DNA from: Octopus bimaculoides
Lineage: Eukaryota
Direction: 5' to 3'
NCBI RefSeq assembly: GCF_001194135.2
Contig: NC_069004.1
Location: 22,124,460 to 22,188,459, forward strand
Length of the DNA: 64,000 bases
The translations under genes and the position numbers were made by a program. Shown piece by piece: positions 1 to 13,182 of this stretch; the first letter of the stretch is position 1; the number at the start of each line of letters is the position of its first letter. Below the pieces are notes generated by a model. That model saw only the letters and a program-made list of their open reading frames with translations, was not told where the DNA came from and did no database searches.

Positions 1-412
1 TCATTTTCGTATTGTGCCTTAAAATTTAATACACTCACTGGTAAAATTTATTCCTTATTTTTATTTTCCTAGAATTTTCGTTGCGTCTTGNNNNNNNNNN
101 NNNNNNNNNNNNNNNNNNNNNNNNNNNNNNNNNNNNNNNNNNNNNNNNNNNNNNNNNNNNNNNNNNNNNNNNNNNNNNNNNNNNNNNNNNNNNNNNNNNN
201 NNNNNNNNNNNNNNNNNNNNNNNNNNNNNNNNNNNNNNNNNNNNNNNNNNNNNNNNNNNNNNNNNNNNNNNNNNNNNNNNNNNNNNNNNNNNNNNNNNNN
301 NNNNNNNNNNNNNNNNNNNNNNNNNNNNNNNNNNNNNNNNNNNNNNNNNNNNNNNNNNNNNNNNNNNNNNNNNNNNNNNNNNNNNNNNATATATATATAT
401 ATATATATATAT

Positions 413-575
413 AGGCATAGGAGTGGCTGTGTGGTAAGTAGCTTGCTTACCAACCACATGGTTCCTGGTTCAGTCCCACTGCGTAGCACCTTGTGCAAGT
501 GTCTTCTACTATAGCCTCGGACCAACCAAAGCCTTGTGAGTGGATTTGGTAGACGGAAACTGAAAGAAGCCTGTC
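413..575 (+). mobile_element. tRNA-derived CORE-like SINE family B, head portion
   Basis: A-box TGGCTGTGTGG, B-box GGTTCAGTCCC, CORE-like caccttg(t/g)gcaagtgtcttctactatagcc. Confidence 0.85.
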
Positions 576-1684
576 GTATATATGTATATATGAGTTGCTA
601 TGCAGTGTGACTGAAGCCAGAACCATGTGGTTGGGAAGCAATCTTGTTACTACACAGCTCCACTTGTGCCAATACATATATATTGTAATTACATGAGGAT
701 CGTTGTTTAATTCAGTAGACAGGAGAAGGATGTGTAAAAGGAAGATGGTGTGTATCTGTAGGTTACAAGAATGTGAAACGAGAAACATGATACACATATC
801 TTGATGCAGGCATGCCTGTGAAGGTAAGAAGACTGATTCCCAATCATATGATTTGGTAGGTGGAAATTGAAAGAAGCCAATTGTGTATGTTTGTGCATGT
901 GTCTCCTTGTCTTGACATTACACAACAAGCAGTGTCATTCATTTCTAAAATTCAGTGCAAACACATCTGGCCATAAGCAAATATTACCCTGAAGTGAGGA
1001 TCAGCGATTCAAAGTGCATCCAGCCATAGAAAATCTGCCACAATAAACTTCATCCAATCCATGCCAACATGGGAAAATAGACTTTAAGATTATGATGATG
1101 ATGATGATGTTATATTTATATCACATCAAGGGTGTGACTTGCAACAACGGAGAATGAGGAGAGTACAAAAATGTACATTAGCAAATCCATGAAACAAAAA
1201 CAGAACAAAGACCTACTCCATCGATATGGAAGAACAAACAATGAGCAAACAAAAATAGAAATCAACAAAAAACCTTGGAATATTCAATGATCAGATGGAA
1301 CAATAAACAACAAAAAACAAACACATACTGGATTACAACACCTTAATAAATCTATTTAGTGTCACGTTGCGAGTTGAGGTTTTTTTTTTCTTTCTCTTTT
1401 TTTTTTTTTACTTTTTTTCTTCATCATTGTACTTAGAAGCGCTCAGTTTCTGTTGTTGAAGAGGAGAAGAAAAACAAAAGCACAAAGTAAATACTATCAC
1501 ACATTCTCTATTATCTGAAATAACAAATATTTTGATGACAATGATGGTGGTGGTGGTGGTGGTGGCGGAAGTGACAGAAAAGAAATAAAGGTGATGATTG
1601 TGGAAAGTGATGGTATTAAGGTAGAAATAGTAGTGGCACTCCATGTGGTGATGCTGACAGTGGTAATAATGGTGGGATAGTAAT

Positions 1685-1740
1685 GGTGAGAACAGATGGT
1701 GGTGAGAACAGATGGTGGTGAGAACAGATGGTGGTGAGAA
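1685..1740. repeat. 16-bp tandem repeat x3.5
   Basis: Unit ggtgagaacagatggt. Confidence 0.9.
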
Positions 1741-4700
1741 TATTAAGATGGATAAGAAACAAGTTGTATCATGGCAGAGAAGAAACAAAAGAGGTGTAGA
1801 AAAGAAACAGAGTTGTTGTTGTTGTTGGTGGTGGTGGTGGTGGAGAAGGCAGTTGTTATTTAGCTACAATTCAGCTTGGATCAAGCCATTCCAGTTATGA
1901 CCATTCCAGTTTAATTGAAGCCATTCCATTTTGTGTGTGTGTGTTGTATTACACTTTCCAACGTGTCCATTCAAGAGAGTGTGAGTTGAGGGTGATTATT
2001 TCTAGCAAGCTGTATGACCACATAGAGACTCCTCTCACTTGTAATTCAAAACTAAAGTGGACAGAAGAAGTAATATTCTACAGCAAAGATCATTTCTCTA
2101 ACAGTCCTATTAGAATTCTTCCAATCATTCTTTCTTTCTTTTCCTCTTCCTTCTTATTATCACCGTTGCAGTCATTGGACTGCAGCCATCCTGGGCCACT
2201 GACAAATGGTTTTAGTTCAACAAACTGACCCCAGTACTCATTTACATGTAAATTTGTTACTTTTTCTATTGATCACTTTGATAAACTACTAAGTAATAAG
2301 AACATAAACAAACCAGCAGCAGTTGTCAAAGTCAGTGGTGGGAGAGGCACACATAAAAACACACACATATACGTAATATATACAAATACAACAAGCTTTC
2401 ACATAGCTTCTGTCTACCAAATTCACTCACAAGCTATTGGTAAGCCCAAGGCTATAGTAGAAGAAACTTGCCCAAGGTGCCATGCAGTGGGATAGAACCT
2501 GAAACCATGTAGTTCAGCTTCCTAACAGTACAGCCATGTCTGCACCTATTAACCTACTTATCTTTTACTTGTTTAAGTCATTAGACTCCAGCCATACTGG
2601 ATACTGCTTTGGAGTATTTCTAGTCAAATGAATTGATCCAGTACTTATTTTATTTTTAAGCCTGGCACTTATTCTAGCAGTCCCTCCTGCTGAACTGCTA
2701 ACCTATGGAGACACAGACACATCAAAACTGGTTGTCAAGTGGTGGTGAGGGACACTCAGTGACATACACACATATAAATATATATGAAAGTACATGACTT
2801 AGTGGTTAGGGTGTTGCACTTATGATTGCAAGATTGTGGTTTCAATTCCCAGACTGGGCATTGCATTGTGTTCTCGAGCAAAACACTTCATTTCACATTG
2901 CTCTATGATCATTTCATCAACTGACATGAGGCATGTTGTACAAATAATGTCAATTTAATGGAGGGAGTGAGCTTATGTGAACACAAACATTTGATCACTG
3001 TAAACAAATCATCTGTGTAAGATGTTCAGCAAGAAATTGCAGAACCCTCATATGTTGCCTAATCAAGGGAGAGTCCATGATATATATACAACAGGGTTCT
3101 TTTAGTTTCTATCAAATCCACTCACAAGGTTTTGGTCTGCCCAAGGCTATAGTAGTGGGAATAAGCACAGGATCAGTGCATTCCATTCTAATAGAGGATT
3201 TGTGTATGTGGAGAGTGTCAGCGAAAAAGTAAAGCCAGATGCTTTTTAAACACACCTCGTAATCCAAGCATCCCTGGTTCAGAACAACACACCACTTGTT
3301 TGACAGGCTCCCTACTCTTCTGACTTGGTACTATCATGTATATGATAAATGAAGCATCAAATAACAAAATATAAAGAACAGAGAGCAATAGAATCTGGTC
3401 TTTTTTTTCCTGCTAATTAAAACTTTTTGTTTTTGCTTGGTTTACTTTAAACCTATTTGATTGATTGTTGGAAGTTTGAATTTAGTTTCGGTCTGTGGCA
3501 TGCGTAAATTCTCATAGACAGTTGCTAGACGAATATCATAAACAAGAAGGAGTTGATAACAGAGCTCTAATGGACACCTACTTGCATACTGAACTCTTGT
3601 TAAAGGAGTCACTGTGCATGGTTTGTATGAATCTCACTATCCATTTATTTGGGTCTAGTTTTTTTTAATGGCCACCAAACAACAGGACCCTGTCGAAAGC
3701 CTTATCCAAGTTAACGAATGTTAGGTTTAGTGGCTTCTTCCATGCTGAGAACTTCTTTCGTTAATGTCCACTTAACCATGCTTGCATGGGTTGGACAGAG
3801 TCTGTTGAAGCATACTTTCCACAGTTAGATGCTTGTCCTATTGCCAATCTTCACGTGTTTCCAATATTTCTCATGGCCAGACATATTTTCTTGCAGATTG
3901 GAAATGAATAACACTGTTTGTATGATGTTAACACTTGTTTACAACTATTTTGCAGCTATCAAGGAGACATTAATGCATGCAACAGGCTTCTTATATAGAT
4001 ATAAGTTGGTCAATGAGATAAAGAAGAGTCAGTAATCTTGATTTTTAAAGGCTCTCATTTCAGACAAGTGAAATTAATGTGGCCATTGCAAAAACTGGAC
4101 ATGTGTAGGTCAATGTCTGAAGGTAAAAACAAGGATAGAAATGGAATTGGGAAGATAGGGGTGTCTGGTTTGAATGCTGCCAGCAGAATAAATCTTACAA
4201 AAAAGCATCCAAAGGACTGAAGAGGTAGGATGAAGAGGCTGCATTGATCCAAACTGCCTTTCCTTGTCACATCACAGTATTTCACTCTGGTAATGGACCT
4301 GATACTCTTGTGAGAAACCACAGAAACAAGGTTTGTTCTGATGCATTTTAACAACAGAAGTGTCAACACCTTCAAAACTTGACCAGATACAAACCTCAAA
4401 ACACAAACCAAAAAAAAAAAAGAAACAATTTAAAAGATAAATCATGAAATGGCTAATTAAATGAATGAGAGGTCATTAGCTGCAAGTCAATCTGCCACAG
4501 TAGTAGTAGTAGTAGAAGTAGTTGTTGTTGTTGTTGTTATTGTTATTGTAGTAGTTGTTGCTGTCTCAAAGGACAGATCAATAGCATGGAAAGAAGGGAA
4601 AAAATATTAACAAAAATCAATATCATCATATTGTCCAAGTTGGCGTAGAATACAATGGAAATAGACTGAGCTGTGTCTTCAAAATATTCTTTATCCCACG

Positions 4701-5271
4701 CACATGCTCTGCTAGCCACACACTTCACTCACTCTCTCTCTCCCTCTATCTCGCTCTTACACACACACACAGCAACAACAGGGAATAGCCTACACAAGAA
4801 TGATAATATTTATTCAGATGTATTGGTTTTGATTTTATTGCTGTTAATAGAATTTTAACATAAACTTCACTAAACCCACACTAATTTATGTAAACTCCCC
4901 CTCTCACCTAACATATTCCACCCCACAATTCCATCATATCAATTTAAAATGTTATCAAAGCCTAAATTTGAAATTTTTTAAAAACAAATTTGTTTTTATT
5001 GTTTCAAATATATCAGTTGATTAAAATGATACCACCAGTATATTAGTGGTACTATTTAACCAGCCACAGAAATATAAAAGTCTTACTTGCAACGAGGAAA
5101 GCTGAGGTTCAGTTTTAATTTGTATTTTGTTGTTAGAAGCAATTCTAATTTGTATTTTGATGTTTAATTTTTGCTATTTTCAAGCAAGATTTTTAAGTAT
5201 GCAGTTCATGTTTATTTGACCTGTAATGTGAAGTATGGGTTCTTGAAAAAATTAAATAGAATGGAAATAAT

Positions 5272-5470
5272 GATATCAAATTTTGGCACAAGGCCAGCAA
5301 TTTCGGAGGAAGTCAATTACATTGAACCCAGTATTTAACTTACCTTATTGACCCAAAAGGATGAAAGGCAAAGTTGACATTGGTAGAACTTGAACTCAGA
5401 ATGCAAAGACAGATGAAATGCAACTAAGCATTTTGCCCAGTGTGCTAACGATTCTGCCAGCTCATCGCCT
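5272..5470 (-). mobile_element. SINE family A copy
   Basis: Reverse complement of the 63027 element, from tcaaattttggcacaagg to ctgccagctcatcgcc. Confidence 0.85.
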
Positions 5471-5557
5471 TAAAAAAGTACAATAGAAATAATGTCCACA
5501 CATATGTATAGTGCAACACTATTTCTTTTAGACATTGGTAGATACTAACATGAAATA

Positions 5558-6803
5558 TTAGGTCATTAAGAAATGAAATGTCTGATTTTGAACTGAAAGT
5601 TTATTTTACTTTACCTCAACAAAAAGCAATGTAGTTAATCAAAGTATGCACCTAAATTATCAACGCAATTTTGCCATTTCATTGGTAGCTTATTTATGCT
5701 GGCAGCAAAGAATTCTGGAGAGCAAGAGGTGATGAAATCACGAAAGACTGTTTTTGCATCTTCTTCAGAAGCTTTCCCTTGCAAAAAGTTGTCTAATGCC
5801 TGGAAAACTTGATAATCAGTTGGTGCAAGGCCTCGTGAATATGGTGGATGACAGAGTACTTCCAAGTTCAGTTCCTGTAACCTGAGTAGCGTTCTTTGTG
5901 CAACATGTGGTTGAGCATTGTCTTGCAAGAGAATTGGCCTGTCTCTTTTGACCAAACTCACTTGTTTAATTGCAAGTTCATTCATCATTTCATCCAGTTG
6001 GTTGATGTATACATCTGCTGTAATTGACTTACGAGGTCCCATGAAGTTGTAGTGGATGACAACAGTGCTGGACCACCAAACAGACACCATTAGCGTTTTT
6101 TGGTGAATATTGTTTTTTTGGCACTTCGTCTCTACCCAACCACTGTGCAGAATGCTTGCTGTTGTTGAAAATCCATTTTTCATCACACGTAACAATGCGA
6201 TGCAAAAATGGTTCACTTTTATGCCGAGACAGCAAAGAACAGCAAGTTTTAAGACGTCTCATTTGATGATCGTTCAGTTTGTGTAGTACCCACTTGTCCA
6301 GTTTCTTTACCTTGCCAATTTGTTACAGATGGCCCAGTACAGTTGGAATCGAAACATCAAACCTTGCTAACTCAAGCGCAGTTTGAGATGTATCCGCTTC
6401 TACTATAGTTTCCAGCATATCATTATCAACCTTGGCCTCAAGTCTACCATGGGGCTAATTTTCCAGACCAGAACTTCTCAAACCATTGATGTACAGTGTG
6501 TTTCTTCGCCACATCTTCCCCAAGCACCTCTTTGATGTTTCAAACTGTCTGGGATGCAGTGGTTCCATGATGAAAATCATATTCATAAACAACATGAATT
6601 TTTTATCTACCCATGCATTCACAAAAATTGATTTACAAGAGAAAATTCACAATATAATCAGACATCATGAATTGCATTTCGAAAAGTGATGATGTAACAC
6701 TTCAATGTTGTAAAACAAAGAATTGTCAAGATAAAACATTAGAGTTAACGATTGTCAAACTTGGTGCATAAGAAAATCAGACATTTCATTCTTAATGACC
6801 TGA
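5558..6803 (-). mobile_element. Full-length decayed mariner (DD34D) transposon
   Basis: About 31-bp TIRs (tt/tcaggtcattaag[a]aatgaaatgtctgatttt) with TA at 5556-5557 and 6804-6805. Transposase motifs TCDEKW, QDNA and HPPYSRGLAPTDY are split by frameshift. Confidence 0.95.
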
Positions 6804-7136
6804 TATATTCAAATACTGACCATGTCATCATCATTAATATAACACCCACTTTTGCATGCTTGCATGGGTCAGATGAAACTTGTTGAGGCAGATTTTTTTC
6901 TATAGCTCAAGCTCTACTGGTTTCTGATATTTCTCTTAGTCAAACAATGAGCAACTCCATGGTCAGACATGTTTTTGTAGAGGAATGCAAACAAACTGAC
7001 AATATTTGACTGAATAATGACTGTCTACAATCATTACACAAAAGTCAAGACAAGAGGAAGATACAAATATAAACAGAGACACATCTATACACACACATAT
7101 ACATGTGCTATATACATGTGCTATATGTGCTATATG

Positions 7137-7172
<36 letters not shown>

Positions 7173-7194
7173 TATATATATATATATGTGAGAC

Positions 7195-7480
7195 CAACAG
7201 AAGTCCTTCAAGACTAGATTTAACAAGCACAGGTCCTCCTTTAATATCCACAAGTGGAATGTCACAGCCCTAACTGGGTAAACATATGCCAATGTTGAAA
7301 GAAAGCAGCATGGATCAAGTGAAGAGTATTAGAGAGGTGCATACTTTACTTTGATAACAGCAGGAGGTGCAGGCTATGCAAAAGGTGGAGAAAAGAATTC
7401 TCCTAACAAATTCTTTCCATCTATGGGTACTTACAAAAACTGTAAAAGAAGAATTTTTGTGATCCCACTCACATGAAAAA
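7195..7480 (+). pseudogene. Penelope-like element GIY-YIG endonuclease C-terminal remnant
   Basis: KSFKTRFNKHRSSF...TAL (from 7201) and YFDNSRRCRLC (7347-7379) resemble the PLE F K.R..NH..SF and C.LC..EK motifs; frameshifted. Confidence 0.55.
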
Positions 7481-8306
7481 ATATATGCACTTGAGTACTG
7501 GGGGACTGTGCCATGATTAGAAACATCAGAGATTCCACCAATGATACATGAGAGGGGGAAGTTAGGGAAGGGAAGGTGATGAGTAACACTACTGAAGTGG
7601 GATGAAGAGTAGTAGAATAGTAATGTAACACACACACACACACACACATATGAGTAATGTCAGAGTGTATGTATATCAGAGTGAAAATGATTTAAGAGAA
7701 AGATTGGGCAGAAAAGGCATCAGTTGTAGTGTGTAAGGGAGAAGACTTTGCTGGTATGGTTATGTGGTGTGTATGGATGAGGACAGCTGTATAAGGAACT
7801 ACTGATCTCTAATTATGGAACAAACCTCTGGAAGGGGAAGACTCAGAAAGATGTGAGATGAAGTTGTGAGAAAGGATCTTCAAACATTGGGCCTCACAGA
7901 TGACATGACAAGGGGCCAAGACCTCTTGCAGTTTGCTGTACCTGAGAAGACATATCAAGCTAATTAAAACTGTGGCCATCCATACATACAGGTATGTCCT
8001 CCACATCCTGCTCTCAGCCAAAAGGCCCTTCACTTGAGGGCTTGTGAGTATTAGTGTCACATAAAAAACACTCGTGCCAGTGTCATGGAAAAGCACCCAT
8101 GCAGGTGCCATGTAAAAGACCCTGTGCTGGTGCCATATAGAAGCATTTGTGCCAGTGCCATGCCAGAAGTATCCAGCACACTCTGTAAAGTGGTTGGGGT
8201 TAGGAAGGGCATCCAACCACAGAAACCATGCCAAAACAGACAAATGGAACCTGGGAAACATGTTAAATGATGATATAAAGTAAATATATATATATATAGA
8301 GAGAGA

Positions 8307-8349
<43 letters not shown>

Positions 8350-9636
8350 TATTTATATTTTGGTTGAATCAATCTCTGGCTACACTGGAGTTTTACCTAT
8401 GAATTCACAGGGTTATCAGCCAAATTATGAATGCAAATAATGGAGATTAAAGATACTTATAGAATTTCTTTCTGAGAATGGAATATAGAATATGTCTGTA
8501 GAAGAAAGAAAAAGGAAAAGGGGAAAGGAAAGAAGAGTAGGGATCTTAGTCTTGTGAGTTGTGTGGCAACCTCACTAGCGTTGGTACTATGAAAAGCACC
8601 CCCAGTCATTCTGTAAAATAATTGCCATTAGGAAGGACATTTAACCATAGAAATTAAGCTAAAGCAGAGAATGGAGCACAAGGCAGTTCTTGGATCTGTC
8701 AGATTCTGTAATACTTTCCAACCTACGCCAGCATGGAAGGTGGGTGTTAAAAGATGATATATATATATACATGTATGTGTGTGCACGCGCGCATGTGTGT
8801 GTGGATGCATGTCATCATCATCATCATTTGTGTGTGTGTGTGTGCATGCACATTTATATATGTGTGTGCACATTATCTGCATGTATGTATACGTAGATAA
8901 ATTTACTTCTACTCTTATTGCAGTCAATGCAATAAGAAGTTTAGCTTCCTTCTTTCCAAGATCTTCCTGGCTGCTTGCACTGCAATCTAAACTTGCACTG
9001 TTGTTTGACAGATTTACTAATGAAACACGATACCACCGACATTGCTATTTAATTCCCACCGACATATCAACCATACGCAAACAGAAACATACCTAACAAA
9101 TATACCAACACAAGCGCATCAATCATCCACCAACACAGACACAACATGACTAAAGATATCTGCTATATACGTATATATACATATATATAGCTGATGCACA
9201 CACATACATAGAATGTCTTCTCATACAAAACTGCAAGAATATTTTCATATACACTTGCAGTAATAGTGAGTGGTCTGGTGTGTGGGTGTAAGGTAATGAG
9301 TTTGTGGCCATGCTGTGGCATCACCTTTTAAGATATAATCAATTAGAGTGAATCCCCACAAGTAATTTTTATCAACAGGATACTTATTTTATCAATGATT
9401 TCAGATAGAGGAAATGCTGTTTGGATCTAAATAGGATTTGAACTCAGAATGCAAACAGACACAACCAATTACCAAATATTTCAAAATGTTACATCCAATG
9501 CTCTAATGATTCTGCTCTCTATCTGTCAGCCAATACACTTATTTCTGCAATTAATTATTTCTTTGTATATTTAATTCACTACAGGATATTTTTTAAGGGA
9601 AGAAGAAATGGAAAGTTGTGATGTCTTTTGCCTTAA

Positions 9637-10162
9637 CCCTTTAGCATTTAAACCAATCATATCCAGGCCAAATATTCTACCAAACTGGCCAGATTTGACC
9701 TCTCATATCTACCCTAAAATGTCATTCTGAAAATAAACAATCATATCATCAAAATCTTAAGCTGCGAAGCAGTGCCTGATTCAATCAAAACATTGTGAAT
9801 AAAAAACAGAGCATCGGGCTCACAATCATGAGGTAGTGAGTTTGATTCCTAGACCAGGCTGTGTACTGTGTTCTTGAGCAAGACACTTTATTTCACATTG
9901 CACCAATTAACTCGGCTGTAGAAATGAGCTGCGATGTCTCCGATGCCAAGCTGTATTGGCAATTGCCTTTCCCTTGGATGACATCAATGACATGGAGAGG
10001 GAAGGTGGGTATGCATGGGTGACTGCTGGTCTTCCATAAAAACAACTGTGCCCGGATTTGTGCCTCAGAGGGGAATGTTCTAGGTGCAATCTCATGGTCA
10101 TTCATGGCTGTGGGGAGATCTTTACCCTTTGCATTTGACAGAGTAATCTGGGAGCTAAAGGG
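9637..10162 (+). mobile_element. piggyBac-like MITE with nested SINE
   Basis: TTAA|CCCTTTAGCATT at 9633 and GCTAAAGGG|TTAA ending at 10166; internal sequence matches 59860-60079 apart from an insertion of about 320 bp. Confidence 0.85.
9810..10128 (+). mobile_element. tRNA-derived SINE family F
   Basis: gagtttgattcc B-box-like, cttgagcaagacactttatttcac core, tail ..ctaggtgcaatctcatggtcattcatg; reverse copies at about 55955-56250 and 60885-61180. Confidence 0.8.
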
Positions 10163-10339
10163 TTAAGGGCTTTATGGGGATATTTGAAGAGAAAGCATTC
10201 TAACTAATAATCAAATACATGCTACTCTCAAACAAAGGAGTAGAAATTAAGTTGAGCTTAGCTCTTGCTCTAAGCACTTGTTGATTAACTCTTTCCATAT
10301 CAACTCCATCTATGACCACCTCTATCTAGCCTGCGCCTC

Positions 10340-11660
10340 ATTGTAAGGAGACTGCAAGAGGAATACTGAGATAGGGAGAAGGAGTCGTACATGTGCTTCG
10401 TTGATCTGGAGAAGGCATTTGATAAGGTTCCAAAGAAGGTCATTGAGTGGGCATTGAGAAAAAGAGGTGTACTAGAGGTAATAGTGGGGGCAGTAATGAG
10501 TTTGTATGAGGGGGTAAAGACAAGAGTCAGAATTGGATCAGAATTGTTGGAGGAGTTTGCAGTGAAAGTTGGTGTGCATCAGGGATCTGTGTTGTCACCA
10601 TTCTTGTTTGCAGCAGTGGTTGATGTGGTGATGGAGAGTGCAAGAGAGGGACTGCTAATGGAGATACTGTATGCAGATGACCTTGTTCTGATGAGTGAGA
10701 CGATGGAAGGATTGAGGGAGAAGCTTTGGAAATGGAAGGAGGCGTTTGAAAGCAAGGGTTTGAAGGTAAACCTCGGGAAGACAAAGGTGATGGTGAGCGG
10801 GATGGAAGGAGAAGTGTTAGTGTGTAAGGTGGATCCATGTGGTGTATGTGGGAGGAGGGTAATGGCAAATGTGGTGTTGTGTATGTGAGAAATGGATTCA
10901 TGGTAGGTGTATGAAAATGCAGAAAGTGATCCAAAGACTGACAAGAGAGTTTGTTTGTAGAAGATGTGACAAAGGAACTGGGGGCTGGCAGAACCAGTGG
11001 AAACACTATGTGACGAGGTGGAGACAGTGAGAGGGTTTTGTTATTTGGGAGATAGGATGGATGTAAGCGGTGGATGTGAAGCAGTTGTGACAGCAAGAGC
11101 GAGACCTAGGCTGGATGAAGTTCAGGGAATGTAGAGTGTTGTTATATGGGAGAAGATTCTCATTGAAGATGAAAGGAAGGGTCTATAGGAGTTGCATGAG
11201 AACTGCAATGCTGTATGGGAGTGAGACATGGTGTCTGAGAGGGAGAGAGATGGTAATTTTGAGAAGGACTGAGAGAGCAATGGTGAGAGAAATGTGTGGA
11301 GTGAAGCTGTTTGATAATAGGACTGAGGACCTGATGAGGATACTGAGGTTGGAAGAATCGGTAGAACAGCTGGCAAGGGCGAATGGAGTGTGGTGGTATG
11401 GGCATGTGTTGAGGAGGGATGAGGAGCATGTTCTGAGGAGGGTGATTGTGGTTGAGGTAAATGGACAGCGAAAGCGAGGTAGACTGAGGAAATGGTGGAG
11501 GAGATTGGGAGGGTTAGTTTGAAAAAGGAGGATGCCCAAAACCGAGCAAGATGGGGAGATGGTGTGAGAGTGGTTGCTATGGCATTGAGGTAGATCCGCC
11601 CCCCCCCCCATTAACAGGGACAAAACCTGGATTTAAAACACTGGATGATGGATGGATGGA
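10340..11660 (+). mobile_element. 5'-truncated RTE-clade LINE (reverse transcriptase pseudogene with 3' end)
   Basis: FVDLEKAFDKVP, GVHQGSVLSPFLF, LYADDLVL, RTAMLYGSETW, WYGHVLRR and GQRKRGR motifs; (GAT/GGAT)n tail at about 11643-11660; purine-rich plus strand. Confidence 0.93.
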
Positions 11661-11667
11661 TATATAT

Positions 11668-12104
11668 ATTATCATCATCATCGTTGTCGTTTAACGTCCG
11701 CTTTCCATGCTAGCATGGGTTGGACGATTGACTGAGGACTGGTGGACCAGGAGGCGACACCAGGCTCCAATCTGATCTGGCAGAGTTTCTACAGCTAGAT
11801 GCCCTTCCTAACACCAACCACTGCAAGAGTGGGTGCTTTTACGTGCCACCAGCACAAGGGCCAGTCAGGCGGTACTGGCAACGGCCACGCTCAAAATGCA
11901 GTATTTTACATGCCACCTGCACAGAAACCAGTCCATCGGCAATGGCAACGATCTTGCTCGAATGTCTTTTCACATGCTACTGGCACAAGTGCCAGGAAGG
12001 CGACGTTGATAACAATCAACAGCCACGCTTGAAATGGTGTATTTTATGTGTCACCTGCACAGGAGCCAGTCCATCGGCACTGGCAACGATCTCGCTCAAA
12101 TGTC

Positions 12105-12105
<1 letters not shown>
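11668..12105 (-). mobile_element. Family C, (GAT)n-tailed RTE-related non-autonomous element
   Basis: Minus strand carries ggttgg(t/c)gttaggaagggcatc and ends ccaacccatgctagcatggaaagcggacgttaaacgac..gatgatgat; opposite-strand copies at about 7860-8280, 8620-8760, 33790-34030 and 45480-45740. Confidence 0.7.
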
Positions 12106-12138
<33 letters not shown>

Positions 12139-13182
12139 TGCATCTTTCAGTTTCTATCAACCAAATCCACTCATAAGGTCTATAGATTTAGTAAAAGACA
12201 CTTGCCCAAGATGTAACATTGAGGAACAACCCCAGACCACTTGAGTGAGATGACAGCTTCTTCACCGTGCACCCACAATGCTTTATTCAAAACTTTTGGT
12301 AACCACTGTATAAATATATCTAAATTATTCAACTACCAATAATTGAACAACAACAACCAGATATATTTACTGGCATTCAAATAGAAAGAGTCCTTAGAGC
12401 TTGTCCAAGCTTTTCAGCTCATGGTTTGATTCCCTAAAGAGTATTTGAAGTGTCAACAATTGCCAACAACAGATATTATAAGTTTAGATTAAAAATTTAT
12501 TAATTTTAACAAAGCCACTCAATTATTTTTTTTTAAAATTTGAAAAAACAGAAAAGAAAAGAAACAACAAAAATATAATTTGTGAAAAGTAAAAAGTGAA
12601 ACCACACTGTATTACTGGTAATTTTATCAACTCAGCAGAAAGATGAAGTAAACACCAGTTGGATTTGAATTTGGAGAGATTAGACTTAAATATTGTATAT
12701 TTAGTTCAACATTTCATTACTTCCACCACTTCATACCTTCTCTTTTGTGTTTTGTATCCTCACTTGCTTTCATATGTGATGTGTGCATGTGTGTGTATCT
12801 TTGATATAATTTTAACGAATACATGTTTATTATGGACTTCTGGTAATGTATGCACAATGGTATACCAGCCTTGGCCAGAGGGAAGTATTTATGGCTGGAC
12901 TAAATTTTATGCGCATGTGCAAATACAAGTAATCTGTCATTAAAATTTCTACTTGGCAGACATTGCATGTTCAAATATCTCTACAACTTTTATTAAAGCT
13001 TGTTTCATATCCTTTTTTTTTTTCAGTTAATATTCTTCATTCATTCATCATTGTTTTTTAATATTAAATGCATGTTCTGTTAATAACTGCTTTGCAATAT
13101 TTCATATTATAGCTGTCTGTTTAAAATTTTACATTTTCAATTGTTGCATTTTTTGCTGGCATCTACTAAGGATTCATTGCTT

